Virus record (IMG/VR): IMGVR_UViG_3300009528_000007
Span: 1-50,163 of that record
Origin: a virus
Lineage: Duplodnaviria > Caudoviricetes
Direction: 5' to 3' (one strand)
Length of the DNA stretch: 50,163 bases
Of the stretch, positions 1-8,371 are shown in pieces (within the stretch, counting starts at the first letter, position 1; the number at the start of each line of letters is the position of its first letter). The notes beneath the pieces are model-generated. The model was given only the letters and a program-made list of their open reading frames with translations, made no database searches and had not been told where the DNA came from. The position numbers were made by a program, and so were the translations under genes.

Positions 1-123
1 ATGTCGGAGATGGTGAATCAAATTTCCCAATGTTCCCTACTAAGTACTACAAGACAATGATGGCAAACCCAGAGAAGCAATCAATCTTTTGGTCTCAGCA
101 CCAGTGTAACCCACAGAAAGCGA
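1..123. repeat. Terminal direct repeat, copy 1 (identical to 50041-50163); circular-assembly overlap
   Basis: 123 nt exact match between the two window ends; the TerL frame runs continuously across the junction. Confidence 0.95.
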
Positions 124-812
124 CAGGGCTTACTAAGATTGAGAGAGAGTGGATTCATTTCTACAGAATAGAGGAGAGAGAGAAGGGTACTTACTTTGTT
201 TGTGACAAGTGTAAGATAGAAGTGCCATTGGCGGCGATCCCCCTGTACGGCATGGCTGACGTGGCTGGGTTTGGTGAGACTAAGTCCGTGAAGGGTGCGG
301 CGAGGAACGCACTGCTTGTCGGCGGGCAGCCCATAGACATGATACAGAAGTTTGTGGTGTTCGCCTGGGCGATGAGATTAAAAAAACCGAGCGTGTTTCG
401 AGAAAAGCTGTATGAGACACACAAAAAGTACAAACCCAGAGCGTGGAGAATAGATGACAAGGGCGTGGGGTCTACTATGTTCGGGGATATACTTGAAGAG
501 AGACAAAAGAAGTGTCCACAGATGAATATCTCCCCGCTACCTCATGATACACAAAAAGACATTAAAAATACCGATATCCAGGCACTCATAAATCCCGTAG
601 CTAATGGCGAGATTCATCTACATCAGACTATGACAGATTTAATTTCAGAGATGATACAATATCCTCGTGGGCTTACAGTAGACTTGGTTGAGATGTTGGC
701 GAAACTTAATCGTATCTACTGGATGAGAACCAAGATGGTGGATGTTTCTAAGTTCGCAAAAGAGAGTCATGTGTGGAGTGTGACAAGTAGAGACCAGACG
801 ACGGGGTATTGA
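1..812 (+). CDS. terL: Terminase large subunit, C-terminal RNase H-like nuclease part
   Basis: GMADVAG, IDDKGVG, K..DIQAL..PV..G.I and YPRGLTVDLVE motifs typical of TerL nuclease domains; follows the TerS-like ORF across the junction. Confidence 0.85.
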   Translation, partial: VGDGESNFPMFPTKYYKTMMANPEKQSIFWSQHQCNPQKATGLTKIEREWIHFYRIEEREKGTYFVCDKCKIEVPLAAIPLYGMADVAGFGETKSVKGAARNALLVGGQPIDMIQKFVVFAWAMRLKKPSVFREKLYETHKKYKPRAWRIDDKGVGSTMFGDILEERQKKCPQMNISPLPHDTQKDIKNTDIQALINPVANGEIHLHQTMTDLISEMIQYPRGLTVDLVEMLAKLNRIYWMRTKMVDVSKFAKESHVWSVTSRDQTTGY

Positions 813-983
813 TTATTTCTTTTTATTTATATCTTCTATCCTCACAACTCCCCTTCCAAAAGTAAATGGACTATCAGGGTTGCCAGTTTTACCCTCTTTG
901 TAAGTAACAACTTTAACACCCAGAAATTCCATTAATGCCCACACATCATCTCTTAGCTCTCTTAGCCTTTCTTCAGTGTTCAT
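813..983 (-). CDS. Hypothetical protein, 56 aa (MNTEERLRELRDD...)
   Basis: Manual translation; AGGAGG RBS upstream; converges on the terL stop. Confidence 0.6.
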   Translation of the reverse strand: MNTEERLRELRDDVWALMEFLGVKVVTYKEGKTGNPDSPFTFGRGVVRIEDINKKK

Positions 984-1032
984 TTTTTCCTCCTATTATT
1001 TTAGGAGCTTGACTTATCAAGCCCGCAGTATT

Positions 1033-1060
1033 GGTTAATATAACATTCCTTATGCAACAC
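1033..1060 (-). repeat. dif-like XerC/XerD site D1: GTGTTGCATAA GGAATG TTATATTAACC
   Basis: 11-6-11 layout resembling E. coli dif (GGTGCGCATAA TGTATA TTATGTTAAAT); the TAA stop of ORF 1050..1301 lies in the XerC arm. Confidence 0.7.
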
Positions 1061-1301
1061 AATCAGCCCGCATATAAACTCCCTTAATTCTCACATAAGC
1101 AACACCAGGATTTAATAGGGCTACAGATAGTTCGCCGTCATTCCCCGTTTCTGCCCAGTACGTTTTTACTTCATACAAAGAAATATTCATTATCCTTGCT
1201 ACTTCTTTTTGACTTGTGGTAGCAATAATTGTCCTCAGTTGTTTTAAGCCACTTTCTAATCTGTAAAATTCATTACCACCATAAACTTTTAATTTTCTCA
1301 C
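1050..1301 (-). CDS. Hypothetical protein flanked by dif-like sites
   Basis: 83-aa ORF with GGAGG RBS. Confidence 0.65.
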   Translation of the reverse strand: MRKLKVYGGNEFYRLESGLKQLRTIIATTSQKEVARIMNISLYEVKTYWAETGNDGELSVALLNPGVAYVRIKGVYMRADCVA

Positions 1302-1312
1302 CTTTACCTCCT

Positions 1313-1340
1313 AGCAGACATGATCTCCTCTATTTACCCC
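1313..1340 (-). repeat. Degenerate dif-like site D2 (XerD-like arm TCATGTCTGCT followed by AGGAGG)
   Basis: XerD-like arm plus RBS; the upstream stop TAG falls 6 bp before the arm, where the XerC-arm TAA would be. Confidence 0.45.
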
Positions 1341-1515
1341 GATTTTTTTCTATGAGTTTATCAATCAAGTTCCTCGCTTCCCTGATAGATTCTAATTTTA
1401 TTGGTAGTCCACTATGGTTGTGAATCGGGTCTTTCATCCATTCAATAACATCCTGTTCTCTTTTTCCTAGACATAAGCTTGCCATCCTTAACTCATGTTG
1501 TGTATCTCTTTTCAT
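1330..1515 (-). CDS. Hypothetical protein ending KNRGK*
   Basis: 61-aa ORF between D3 and D2. Confidence 0.6.
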   Translation of the reverse strand: MKRDTQHELRMASLCLGKREQDVIEWMKDPIHNHSGLPIKLESIREARNLIDKLIEKNRGK

Positions 1516-1528
1516 GTTAATACTCCCT

Positions 1529-1545
1529 AGTTAACATAATCTTCA
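1529..1545 (-). repeat. Half dif-like site D3: TGA AGA TTATGTTAACT, followed by AGGGAG
   Basis: Near-perfect XerD arm between a stop codon and an RBS; XerC arm lost. Confidence 0.55.
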
Positions 1546-1935
1546 CTTCCTCCCCCTCATCCCCTCAAGCTCCGCAAGAAGTTCCTCAACTTCATCCTGC
1601 TCTGTCCTCGGCTCTTGGGGCTTCACTTCTTTAATCTCACCACCGTAGAGTGGCTCTCCGAAGATCTCCTTGTGTATCTCGCCTAATAATTCAGCGACAT
1701 TTTTGAGCATATCGGGCTCGAAGCTGATGAACCTATATGGTCTCTGTAGGGACATGGAGATGCCCTTATCTTTCCCCTTATGTTGAAATATTTGGGTGAG
1801 TCTCACTTTGTGGTATGGAATCTCAGTCTCGTCATCCTTCTTGAATACACCCTTTTTGTGTGTAATGAAGAGTCCCTGTTTTTTCTTGTTCACGAAACAA
1901 TAGCCTTCGGACTTATGTAATTTAATTTTATTCAT
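1543..1935 (-). CDS. Hypothetical protein with acidic C-terminal helix (possible nucleic-acid-binding protein)
   Basis: 130-aa ORF; basic beta-rich N-terminus and acidic tail. Confidence 0.5.
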   Translation of the reverse strand: MNKIKLHKSEGYCFVNKKKQGLFITHKKGVFKKDDETEIPYHKVRLTQIFQHKGKDKGISMSLQRPYRFISFEPDMLKNVAELLGEIHKEIFGEPLYGGEIKEVKPQEPRTEQDEVEELLAELEGMRGRK

Positions 1936-2029
1936 TGTATTAACCCAATTCCTTGTTCCTTATTACAATCGTTGCCCCGTGGGAACGAAATACCCTAGCC
2001 AGCACACTTCAATCATTTTTTTTCATAGG

Positions 2030-2353
2030 TCACAACCTAATATCTTCAACTTCCTGAACAGGGTCATACTTTTTACCTGGCTTGAAATTATTTCTATTAA
2101 ATAACCCAGTATACTCTCTCCCTCTTCGTCTAATATATGTAGAAGGAAAGGTTCCAAATCTCAAAAACCACAGGGGGCAGTTTAGGTTGCAACAAAATTG
2201 TATTGTTTTGACGCCACCACAACAACAGTCAAGACATTGCTTTCTTATTTGCTTTAATGCAGATGGTCTTGGTAGTTTCATTTCTTTAAATTTTCTAAAT
2301 AAGAGTATGTCCCATCCCGCTTGAGTGCAGGAGCAGTAACGCATTTCTCCCAC
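2030..2353 (-). CDS. Cys-rich phage hypothetical protein
   Basis: IRKQCLDCCCG...C...CPLW..RFG motif; true start probably at MKLPRP. Confidence 0.55.
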   Translation of the reverse strand: MGEMRYCSCTQAGWDILLFRKFKEMKLPRPSALKQIRKQCLDCCCGGVKTIQFCCNLNCPLWFLRFGTFPSTYIRRRGREYTGLFNRNNFKPGKKYDPVQEVEDIRL

Positions 2354-2466
2354 AAGCCCTTAGCCCCACACTCACTACACTTGAAGCTCACTATCGCCCT
2401 CTCGGTGTGGAGTAGGATCTCGGTTTCGTAGTTGCATTTTTTGCATTGAAGTATGAATATCGGCAC
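2278..2466 (-). CDS. FmdB-like zinc-ribbon protein
   Basis: MPIFILQCKKC...CSECG pattern. Confidence 0.65.
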   Translation of the reverse strand: MPIFILQCKKCNYETEILLHTERAIVSFKCSECGAKGLWEKCVTAPALKRDGTYSYLENLKK

Positions 2467-2796
2467 TTACTTCTCCTCCTCAAGTACGGCTAATACGGCT
2501 TTCAGGCAAGCTTCAAGTGGGGTTTTACCTCTATAATGAGTAACGCAGAAAGTTGAGGAACTTATTTCTACTTGAAATGTTTTGTTTCCATGAAGCCAAT
2601 GTAAAGCCTCGAAATTCATTTTCAAAAACTCCAAGCAGTCGGATATAGTCCAAGATTGCATTTCTCCTGCATCCTTAACCATCTTAGCAAGTTCTTTCCA
2701 ACTTAAATTAGAGGGCTTCCACTTCGTATCTAAGATTTCTCCATGCTTTCTATAAATCTGCTTACACAGGCTTATTTCTTCTTTGGTGAATTTCAT
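2467..2796 (-). CDS. Phage hypothetical protein (ABA-sandwich-like C-terminus)
   Basis: GKTPLEACLKAVL motif; start MKFTKEE after AGGAGG. Confidence 0.5.
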   Translation of the reverse strand: MKFTKEEISLCKQIYRKHGEILDTKWKPSNLSWKELAKMVKDAGEMQSWTISDCLEFLKMNFEALHWLHGNKTFQVEISSSTFCVTHYRGKTPLEACLKAVLAVLEEEK

Positions 2797-3029
2797 GTCT
2801 CCTCCTTGTGTTTCTCGTAGAATCTCCTTAACTCTTCTCCCTTCCAATCCCGAAAAATATCTATAAAAACTAAATCATCCTCTGGCTTTTTCTCTCTTAC
2901 CACATCGAAATACCAGATATGTCTCGCACCACACTTACAGCACCATTGACTTAAAAAGCTATTAGTCTTCAGGGTTAGGGGAGGTTCCATCTCGTTAAAT
3001 TTAATTTTCACCTCACTCCTCCTTCTCAA
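2793..3029 (-). CDS. Hypothetical protein (CCxCG..H motif)
   Basis: ORF track; similar motif in ORF 18397..18696. Confidence 0.5.
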   Translation of the reverse strand: MRRRSEVKIKFNEMEPPLTLKTNSFLSQWCCKCGARHIWYFDVVREKKPEDDLVFIDIFRDWKGEELRRFYEKHKEET

Positions 3030-3257
3030 AGAAACAGCTCAGGAAATTTTTCAGCCTCATAATAACATATGCTTCCCTACTTTTTTTTCTTATAGAAGTC
3101 TATGGATATCCCAAGATTAAGAATGGTAATACCAAAAAAACTAAAAGACGGGTGTATATCTGCGTAGATATCGAGAAAATGGAGTGGAAAACAGCCACCA
3201 TCCTTCATGGAACAACTGCACCAATAATTTAAAAATTCAATTTTCATTTTCATCTCC

Positions 3258-3617
3258 TTAGTAGTAATCGTAATACTCTTTAATCCAGTATTTCCTGTCC
3301 TTCCAAATCCATATTTCTTTCCTACAGCCCTTGGGCATTTTTAGTGCTTGGATAGCATCTCTGGTTTTAGCATCACATCGGTTAGACTTTGTTTGGATAA
3401 AGAGTAGGTGAGAGCCATCTGGGGCTAGGGCGCAAACATCAAAGAGTCCAAACAAGTCTAATGAACAATACTTAGTCCTAATGACTTTCCAGATTAAGGA
3501 GATGGGCTTGTCTTTTATTTTGATTTTGTCTTGGGTATAGCCCATTTCTTTGAGTACATCCGCACAAGCCTTCTCTTTCCTTGTCCCCTTGGCTACCGTG
3601 TTAATCATTTTTTTCAT
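3258..3617 (-). CDS. Holliday junction resolvase-like PD-(D/E)XK nuclease (Hjc-like)
   Basis: KG.RKEK..AD.L...GY, DLFGLFDV.A and FIQTKS motifs. Confidence 0.7.
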   Translation of the reverse strand: MKKMINTVAKGTRKEKACADVLKEMGYTQDKIKIKDKPISLIWKVIRTKYCSLDLFGLFDVCALAPDGSHLLFIQTKSNRCDAKTRDAIQALKMPKGCRKEIWIWKDRKYWIKEYYDYY

Positions 3618-3885
3618 CCCTTATCTCCTCATTAAAGTTATCTTCTATGTACTTCTTGATATATCCTAACTCCTCCTCGGTTACGGTCTTGAAGTCCCAC
3701 TTCTCCCTAAGCTTCTCATACTCATCTACCCTGTCTGTGTGGAAATGTACTTCTTCTTTGTCGTAGGCATCTTTAGCTGGCTCGGGACTCACCTCCATGC
3801 GACACACGATCTTCACCTTTTGCTTCGGCCAGAATTCTTCCACAAAACTCAAAAAGTACTTATTCATCCACAATCTCCACGCCAA
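3601..3885 (-). CDS. Hypothetical protein
   Basis: ORF track; overlaps neighbours as in an operon. Confidence 0.5.
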   Translation of the reverse strand: MAWRLWMNKYFLSFVEEFWPKQKVKIVCRMEVSPEPAKDAYDKEEVHFHTDRVDEYEKLREKWDFKTVTEEELGYIKKYIEDNFNEEIRDEKND

Positions 3886-4072
3886 GCTCGGTAAGCATAT
3901 CCCTCATGGTGTCCTCTATGTAGCTTGCGTCTTGATTGTTATGAACCCTACTCCACGCCTCGTTAGCCCAGCCCTGAATGTCTCTCTTGGTTATCCTGAA
4001 CTTCTTGTACGCATCAGCCAAGCCCCTCTCATACTCCCTTACTTTTATTGCCAAGAGTTCACTCTTTCTCAC
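3860..4072 (-). CDS. Hypothetical protein downstream of dif-like site D4
   Basis: GTG start after an AGGAGG adjoining the XerD arm. Confidence 0.6.
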   Translation of the reverse strand: MRKSELLAIKVREYERGLADAYKKFRITKRDIQGWANEAWSRVHNNQDASYIEDTMRDMLTELGVEIVDE

Positions 4073-4083
4073 TTAGCCCTCCT

Positions 4084-4107
4084 AGTTGACATAATCTTAT
4101 GCGACAC
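4084..4107 (-). repeat. dif-like site D4: GTGTCGCATAA GA TTATGTCAACT (2-bp spacer)
   Basis: Both arms match the local consensus; spacer is truncated; stop of ORF 4097..4300 lies in the XerC arm. Confidence 0.8.
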
Positions 4108-4300
4108 GGCCTCCGAATAGGCGACAGTTATGAAATCCATATTTGTCAGTTCCTTTGAGGCGTTTTTTATGGGAAGTTCCTCTTATATCAAACCATGCAA
4201 GCCACCTGTGTTTTCCTTCTTGGTCTTTGCCAAGCCAAGGAATGATTAATTTCCCCCACGAAGATAAGGGGTCATGGATTTTGTCAAGTGGTCTATTCAT
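4097..4300 (-). CDS. Hypothetical protein in the D5-D4 module
   Basis: 67-aa ORF with GGAGG RBS. Confidence 0.6.
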   Translation of the reverse strand: MNRPLDKIHDPLSSWGKLIIPWLGKDQEGKHRWLAWFDIRGTSHKKRLKGTDKYGFHNCRLFGGRVA

Positions 4301-4436
4301 TCACTCCTCCTAAGTAGGTTTCGTGACATTTTGGGCAGAAATATTCATCTTTGCTTAATTGAATAACTTTACCCAACTTGTGATATTCGATATTGTATTT
4401 TTTAATTAATTTCTCTCCACAATTTTTACATCTCAT
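4293..4436 (-). CDS. Small zinc-ribbon protein, 47 aa (MRCKNCG...FCPKCHE)
   Basis: Manual translation; AGGAGGTG RBS directly after the D5 XerD arm. Confidence 0.65.
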   Translation of the reverse strand: MRCKNCGEKLIKKYNIEYHKLGKVIQLSKDEYFCPKCHETYLGGVNE

Positions 4437-4447
4437 TTTCACCTCCT

Positions 4448-4475
4448 AGTAGACATAATATCCCTTATCCGACAC
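4448..4475 (-). repeat. dif-like site D5: GTGTCGGATAA GGGATA TTATGTCTACT
   Basis: Full 11-6-11 site followed by AGGAGG. Confidence 0.8.
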
Positions 4476-4645
4476 TATTCCCTTTCAAGTTCCTCACTAC
4501 AAAATGGGCAATAAAATATTTGCATGTGTATTTCTTTTTTAATATCTGTCCTAAATCTACAAATGTAATAACTTTTGTTATACCAAGCAATAAAACCATT
4601 CTTTAAAGCTTTGTATCTCTTGTCACATTCGCAATATTTTCCCAT
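4475..4645 (-). CDS. Small Cys-containing protein, 56 aa (MGKYCEC...IFYCPFC)
   Basis: Manual translation; fills the interval between D6 and D5. Confidence 0.65.
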   Translation of the reverse strand: MGKYCECDKRYKALKNGFIAWYNKSYYICRFRTDIKKEIHMQIFYCPFCSEELERE

Positions 4646-4658
4646 TCTTACCTCCCGA

Positions 4659-4683
4659 AGTTGACATAATCCTTATGCGACAC
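4659..4683 (-). repeat. dif-like site D6: GTGTCGCATAA GGA TTATGTCAACT (3-bp spacer)
   Basis: Both arms match the consensus; GGGAGG follows. Confidence 0.8.
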
Positions 4684-4862
4684 TATAAACCCTTAAAATT
4701 AGTAAGGTTATAAAGGCTTTTTTCGTATGTTTCTCTAATCCTTCTTGTTTTCTCTAAATGCTCCTCAGATTTAAAATGTTCGATAGCTTCTAGGGATTTC
4801 GATGGGAAAGTTTTATTGCAAATCCCACATCGAATCATTCCTTTTGGTATTTTTTTCTTCAT
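4683..4862 (-). CDS. C2H2/U1-type zinc-finger-like small protein (MKKKIPKGMIRCGICNK...HFKSEEH)
   Basis: CxxC...H.....H pattern; start re-assigned to follow the AAGGAGG next to D7. Confidence 0.6.
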   Translation of the reverse strand: MKKKIPKGMIRCGICNKTFPSKSLEAIEHFKSEEHLEKTRRIRETYEKSLYNLTNFKGL

Positions 4863-4874
4863 CTTCACCTCCTT

Positions 4875-4902
4875 AGTTGACATAATTACTATTATGCGAC
4901 AC
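4875..4902 (-). repeat. dif-like site D7: GTGTCGCATAA TAGTAA TTATGTCAACT
   Basis: Canonical 28-bp dif layout. Confidence 0.85.
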
Positions 4903-4906
4903 TGAT

Positions 4907-5113
4907 TTATGGTCGCCACAATTCTGTTTCGTCTTGAAAATGCGGATACTCTGCTTTTAGGTATATTTCATGTTTACACATATCGCACTTATGGAGAAAA
5001 CTCGTGTCTGCAACACTTTGCAACTGGTATAACATTTTTCCCTTCTCACATTTCGGACACACATAATCAATCCTAATTTTATATACTTTCCTCCTAATTA
5101 AACTCATCCTCAC
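4907..5113 (-). CDS. Zinc-ribbon protein (CPKC...HKCDMC)
   Basis: ORF track. Confidence 0.6.
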   Translation of the reverse strand: MRMSLIRRKVYKIRIDYVCPKCEKGKMLYQLQSVADTSFLHKCDMCKHEIYLKAEYPHFQDETELWRP

Positions 5114-5116
5114 CTC

Positions 5117-5305
5117 CTAAGGCAACTCCTGTCCACACTTCTTACACACTCTCTCTTTGGGGATTATGAATCTCCTCACTTCCAAGAAAAGTATGTTCCA
5201 GAATCTAAACTCCGCATTCCTCTCGTTAGGCCACCAGCCCCAGTTGATACACCACCAAGAGAGAGATAGGGGCCACCGCACTACCTCCCAGTTACGCCAC
5301 CTCAT
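5117..5305 (-). CDS. Trp-rich hypothetical protein
   Basis: ORF track. Confidence 0.45.
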   Translation of the reverse strand: MRWRNWEVVRWPLSLSWWCINWGWWPNERNAEFRFWNILFLEVRRFIIPKERVCKKCGQELP

Positions 5306-5600
5306 CTAATCTCTCCTTGATTATTTCAAGAGCATCAATAACCACTTGAACAGAATCGGGATTCTCAAATCTCCACCTAGCGATTGTGTCCAACTCATCT
5401 GTAGTTTTCCCTACATCTCCTTCGAGTTTTGTTCCGATTGGCAGTGTTTGTTTTTCAAGTCTATAAATAATAAGCTCGTTGTTAAGTTGTCCTTTTTCTG
5501 CCCCATGAGCTATGCCTAAATCCCCATACCCAAACACAATGACCTCTCTTTTTCTATTCACCCTACCCTCCTCGGTATACTCGTCTGTTTCTCCACCCAC
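5292..5600 (-). CDS. Hypothetical protein
   Basis: ORF track; likely start VNRKREV after GGAGG. Confidence 0.55.
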   Translation of the reverse strand: MGGETDEYTEEGRVNRKREVIVFGYGDLGIAHGAEKGQLNNELIIYRLEKQTLPIGTKLEGDVGKTTDELDTIARWRFENPDSVQVVIDALEIIKERLDEVA

Positions 5601-5776
5601 CCTAGCCCCACGCCTATCCGTTCTGCCTCTCTCTTACACTTGGGACACAGAGAGTATCTGGGGTCTTGCCACATACCAGCCTTGAACCTTCGCCGACAGT
5701 CCTTCCTCCAGCACCTTGTCCACACTCCGCTCTGGTTGCCTCGTGCTTGCCTTCGAGGGAGAGATTTGATGTTCAT
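5558..5776 (-). CDS. Hypothetical Cys-containing protein
   Basis: ORF track. Confidence 0.45.
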   Translation of the reverse strand: MNIKSLPRRQARGNQSGVWTRCWRKDCRRRFKAGMWQDPRYSLCPKCKREAERIGVGLGWVEKQTSIPRRVG

Positions 5777-5930
5777 GCTTCTTTCTCCACATGAATAATC
5801 CTATCTCTAATCTCCAACCCGTTATCATAGATTAGGTGTATCAAGTCCTCTAATGCCATGTACTCCAGATTTTTAAAAAATTCAGGAGGTGATACTCGGC
5901 GTAACCAAGCTAAGGCTTCTGTTTTAGTCA

Positions 5931-6716
5931 TCACTCACTCCTTGGAATAATTATTTTATAAATCTGTTTGCGGTTATCTTTCTTCCCGCTCGTACACCCC
6001 TTAAATGTTACCTTAATATGCTCTGTGGTAGCCGAGGGCTTCGCTTTCTCCTCTGCGTAGCTACCGTCCCACTCAAGGGCAGAGCCAGTAATGTAGTTAT
6101 AACCGATATGTTTAAGCACCCTTGTCTTGCCTGCATCGTACCAGGTAAAGGGTATCCTGCTTGTAATGTGGAAATGCCCACTGAAGATGGCATCGGCAGT
6201 CGGTACTATCTTACGCAGGGCATCGGCACGGTTCACTTTGCCTCCGTGGGTGTAACCGCCCCCGTAGTTGTGATGAAAATAACAGGTAAATGAATTGGGT
6301 GTCTTGCTTTCCATCTGCAATACAGCAAGGGAAGAGTATCCACCATAGGGAACATCGAGTTGAATGCCGATGTATTGCTCGGGGGTTAACCCAACCATTC
6401 TATGTGTCCTGCTCTCATGGTTTCCTGCGATCATAAACAGACCCTTCTCCTTGACTGGAGATAAAACCTCTACAATGTACTCCATCTGTTCCTTCGGCGG
6501 TAGCACCTGTGTATATACATCTGACTTACTACCCACCACGGCATTCTCCATGAAGTCACCCATTCCAACCCAGTAAGCATCATTATCTCTTTCAATTTCT
6601 CTTATTATTTGCTTAATAAACTCCTCGTTACATTGCCGACTGCCAAAATGCCAGTCTCCTATTGGATATAGCGTTATTTGTTTTGTTTCAAACTTTCGAT
6701 GATAAAACTTCATCAA
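5931..6716 (-). CDS. Calcineurin-like metallophosphoesterase
   Basis: GDWHFG, MGD, GNHE, FHH and SGHFH motifs. Confidence 0.85.
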   Translation of the reverse strand: MMKFYHRKFETKQITLYPIGDWHFGSRQCNEEFIKQIIREIERDNDAYWVGMGDFMENAVVGSKSDVYTQVLPPKEQMEYIVEVLSPVKEKGLFMIAGNHESRTHRMVGLTPEQYIGIQLDVPYGGYSSLAVLQMESKTPNSFTCYFHHNYGGGYTHGGKVNRADALRKIVPTADAIFSGHFHITSRIPFTWYDAGKTRVLKHIGYNYITGSALEWDGSYAEEKAKPSATTEHIKVTFKGCTSGKKDNRKQIYKIIIPRSE

Positions 6717-7804
6717 TACCTTCCTTTTTTCTCAAATGGGTCTGAATCGTCATCATGCCATATACCTTGAGGAATTATCTTTGCCCCGTTAACTATCTTA
6801 AACTCATGCACAAGCCCCACGGGGTTGCGTGTTCCATGCCAGTTCTTCCCACTGATTATTTTCATCTTTCCCCACTGCATTGTTAGATACAGCCTTGCAT
6901 AATCAATAGTATAACCAGCACCACGCCCAAGTTCCTTGTATGATTCTTTTTGAATGACCACAATACAGAAGCCTCCACGTAATTTATCGTGAATGGCCTT
7001 TATTGTGTCTCCAATCCTCCATGCTTTATCTGGGGTTGCTATCCAATCAAATATTATGAAATCATCCTCTTTTCCTATTATCGCATCTCCATAGTTAGCA
7101 CTTCTTAGGTAAGGCGTGAAGTTCCAGTCCTCCACATCATCGAACTTCTCTAACCGTAGCTTTAATTCCTGCTCTGCCATCTCACATGAAAAATAATGTA
7201 TTTTGTGTTTGTGCATGTTCATGCGAATGATATTAAACATTAGTGTGCTCTTGCCACTGTCTTTGTTTCCCGCAACCACAACCACATTAGAGGGATAGAT
7301 ATCAACTAATTCCTCTATCGCGAAAGGCCAACTGATATCTAACGATTTCATTGGGGCATTTTTCCAGTCGAGAATTTCACTGTCAGCCATAACCCTTCTG
7401 TATTTGCCATCCTTATATGGACTTGGAAAGACAATGCCCTTGTCCTTCTCTCTAACTAGACAAGTAGAAATATTCTTTCGTAGCTTTCTTCTGCCCTCAT
7501 TATCTGTAGACAAATGTAGACTCTTATAGATATCATCTACCGAGAACCAAGCACCCTCTGTGGTCATAATGTAATCACTAACCTCTCTCGCCACACTGAG
7601 GCTCTCATCCTTGTTCCTCTCCACCATGTGGACGATACGCCCGATAGCTCTACTAAGGTCAATAGCATATGCATCAACAATCACGTCCTTTAACCATCGT
7701 TCTAACTGACGGGGACTCTCAACTTCGTAGATATTTTTAGGAAATTCGTTCTCATCGACGTACTCTACATTTACGTGAGTCCACTTCTTATTGTTCTTGT
7801 TCAC
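6713..7804 (-). CDS. Replication ATPase/helicase (DnaB/RecA-like P-loop)
   Basis: Walker A GNKDSGKS, YFSCEM, Walker B IIFD, VVIQK motif. Confidence 0.75.
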   Translation of the reverse strand: MNKNNKKWTHVNVEYVDENEFPKNIYEVESPRQLERWLKDVIVDAYAIDLSRAIGRIVHMVERNKDESLSVAREVSDYIMTTEGAWFSVDDIYKSLHLSTDNEGRRKLRKNISTCLVREKDKGIVFPSPYKDGKYRRVMADSEILDWKNAPMKSLDISWPFAIEELVDIYPSNVVVVAGNKDSGKSTLMFNIIRMNMHKHKIHYFSCEMAEQELKLRLEKFDDVEDWNFTPYLRSANYGDAIIGKEDDFIIFDWIATPDKAWRIGDTIKAIHDKLRGGFCIVVIQKESYKELGRGAGYTIDYARLYLTMQWGKMKIISGKNWHGTRNPVGLVHEFKIVNGAKIIPQGIWHDDDSDPFEKKGRY

Positions 7805-7979
7805 TCAAATCCACATCTTTAGGTAGTATCCTATCAATTGTCACCTCAGGGAACTCCAACCACTTGAGAATCACCCTGAATGTCTTAGCCCAAGCCCACA
7901 CATTGTCCTCCCAAGAAACATCGAGCTTCATTTTGATTCCATGTTGGTTTGTTACTTCTATAGATTCATTTTGTGGCAT
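7788..7979 (-). CDS. Hypothetical protein
   Basis: ORF track. Confidence 0.5.
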   Translation of the reverse strand: MPQNESIEVTNQHGIKMKLDVSWEDNVWAWAKTFRVILKWLEFPEVTIDRILPKDVDLSEQEQ

Positions 7980-8371
7980 TTTTTCTCCTGTTTTTAAATT
8001 TACCCACTTCTAACTCAAACCCAAGGATGGTGATAGAGAAATATCGAGGAGTATAATAATTCCAAAACTCACCACACCATAACAACTCAAGCAGAGTAAA
8101 CCACCCACTCCTTACAGACCAGTAATTCCAAGTGCTGTTTATTGAAATATACCACCCGTGTTGAGTTGGTTTTATTAAATATTTCATTCCTTCCTCCTTG
8201 CTCTCGCCTGCCACCCCAGAATCCAACTCAGGACACAGATGAACTTTATATCCTCACCTTGTAAGTAAAAGGTGAACATCTTGCCCTGTAAGTCCTCCGG
8301 GGCTTTATCCTAAAGCTTACCCCCACGCTTGTACTTCTCTGGTAAGTGGGGGGTGTCTTTCGAACTAAACA

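Noticed and set aside
4084-4902. CRISPR array (regular repeats of about 28 bp)
   Set aside because: Intervals are 190-340 bp and contain ORFs; no cas genes; the repeat matches dif architecture instead
1033-4902. Classical integron attC sites
   Set aside because: No long imperfect palindromes with RYYYAAC/GTTRRRY ends and no IntI gene
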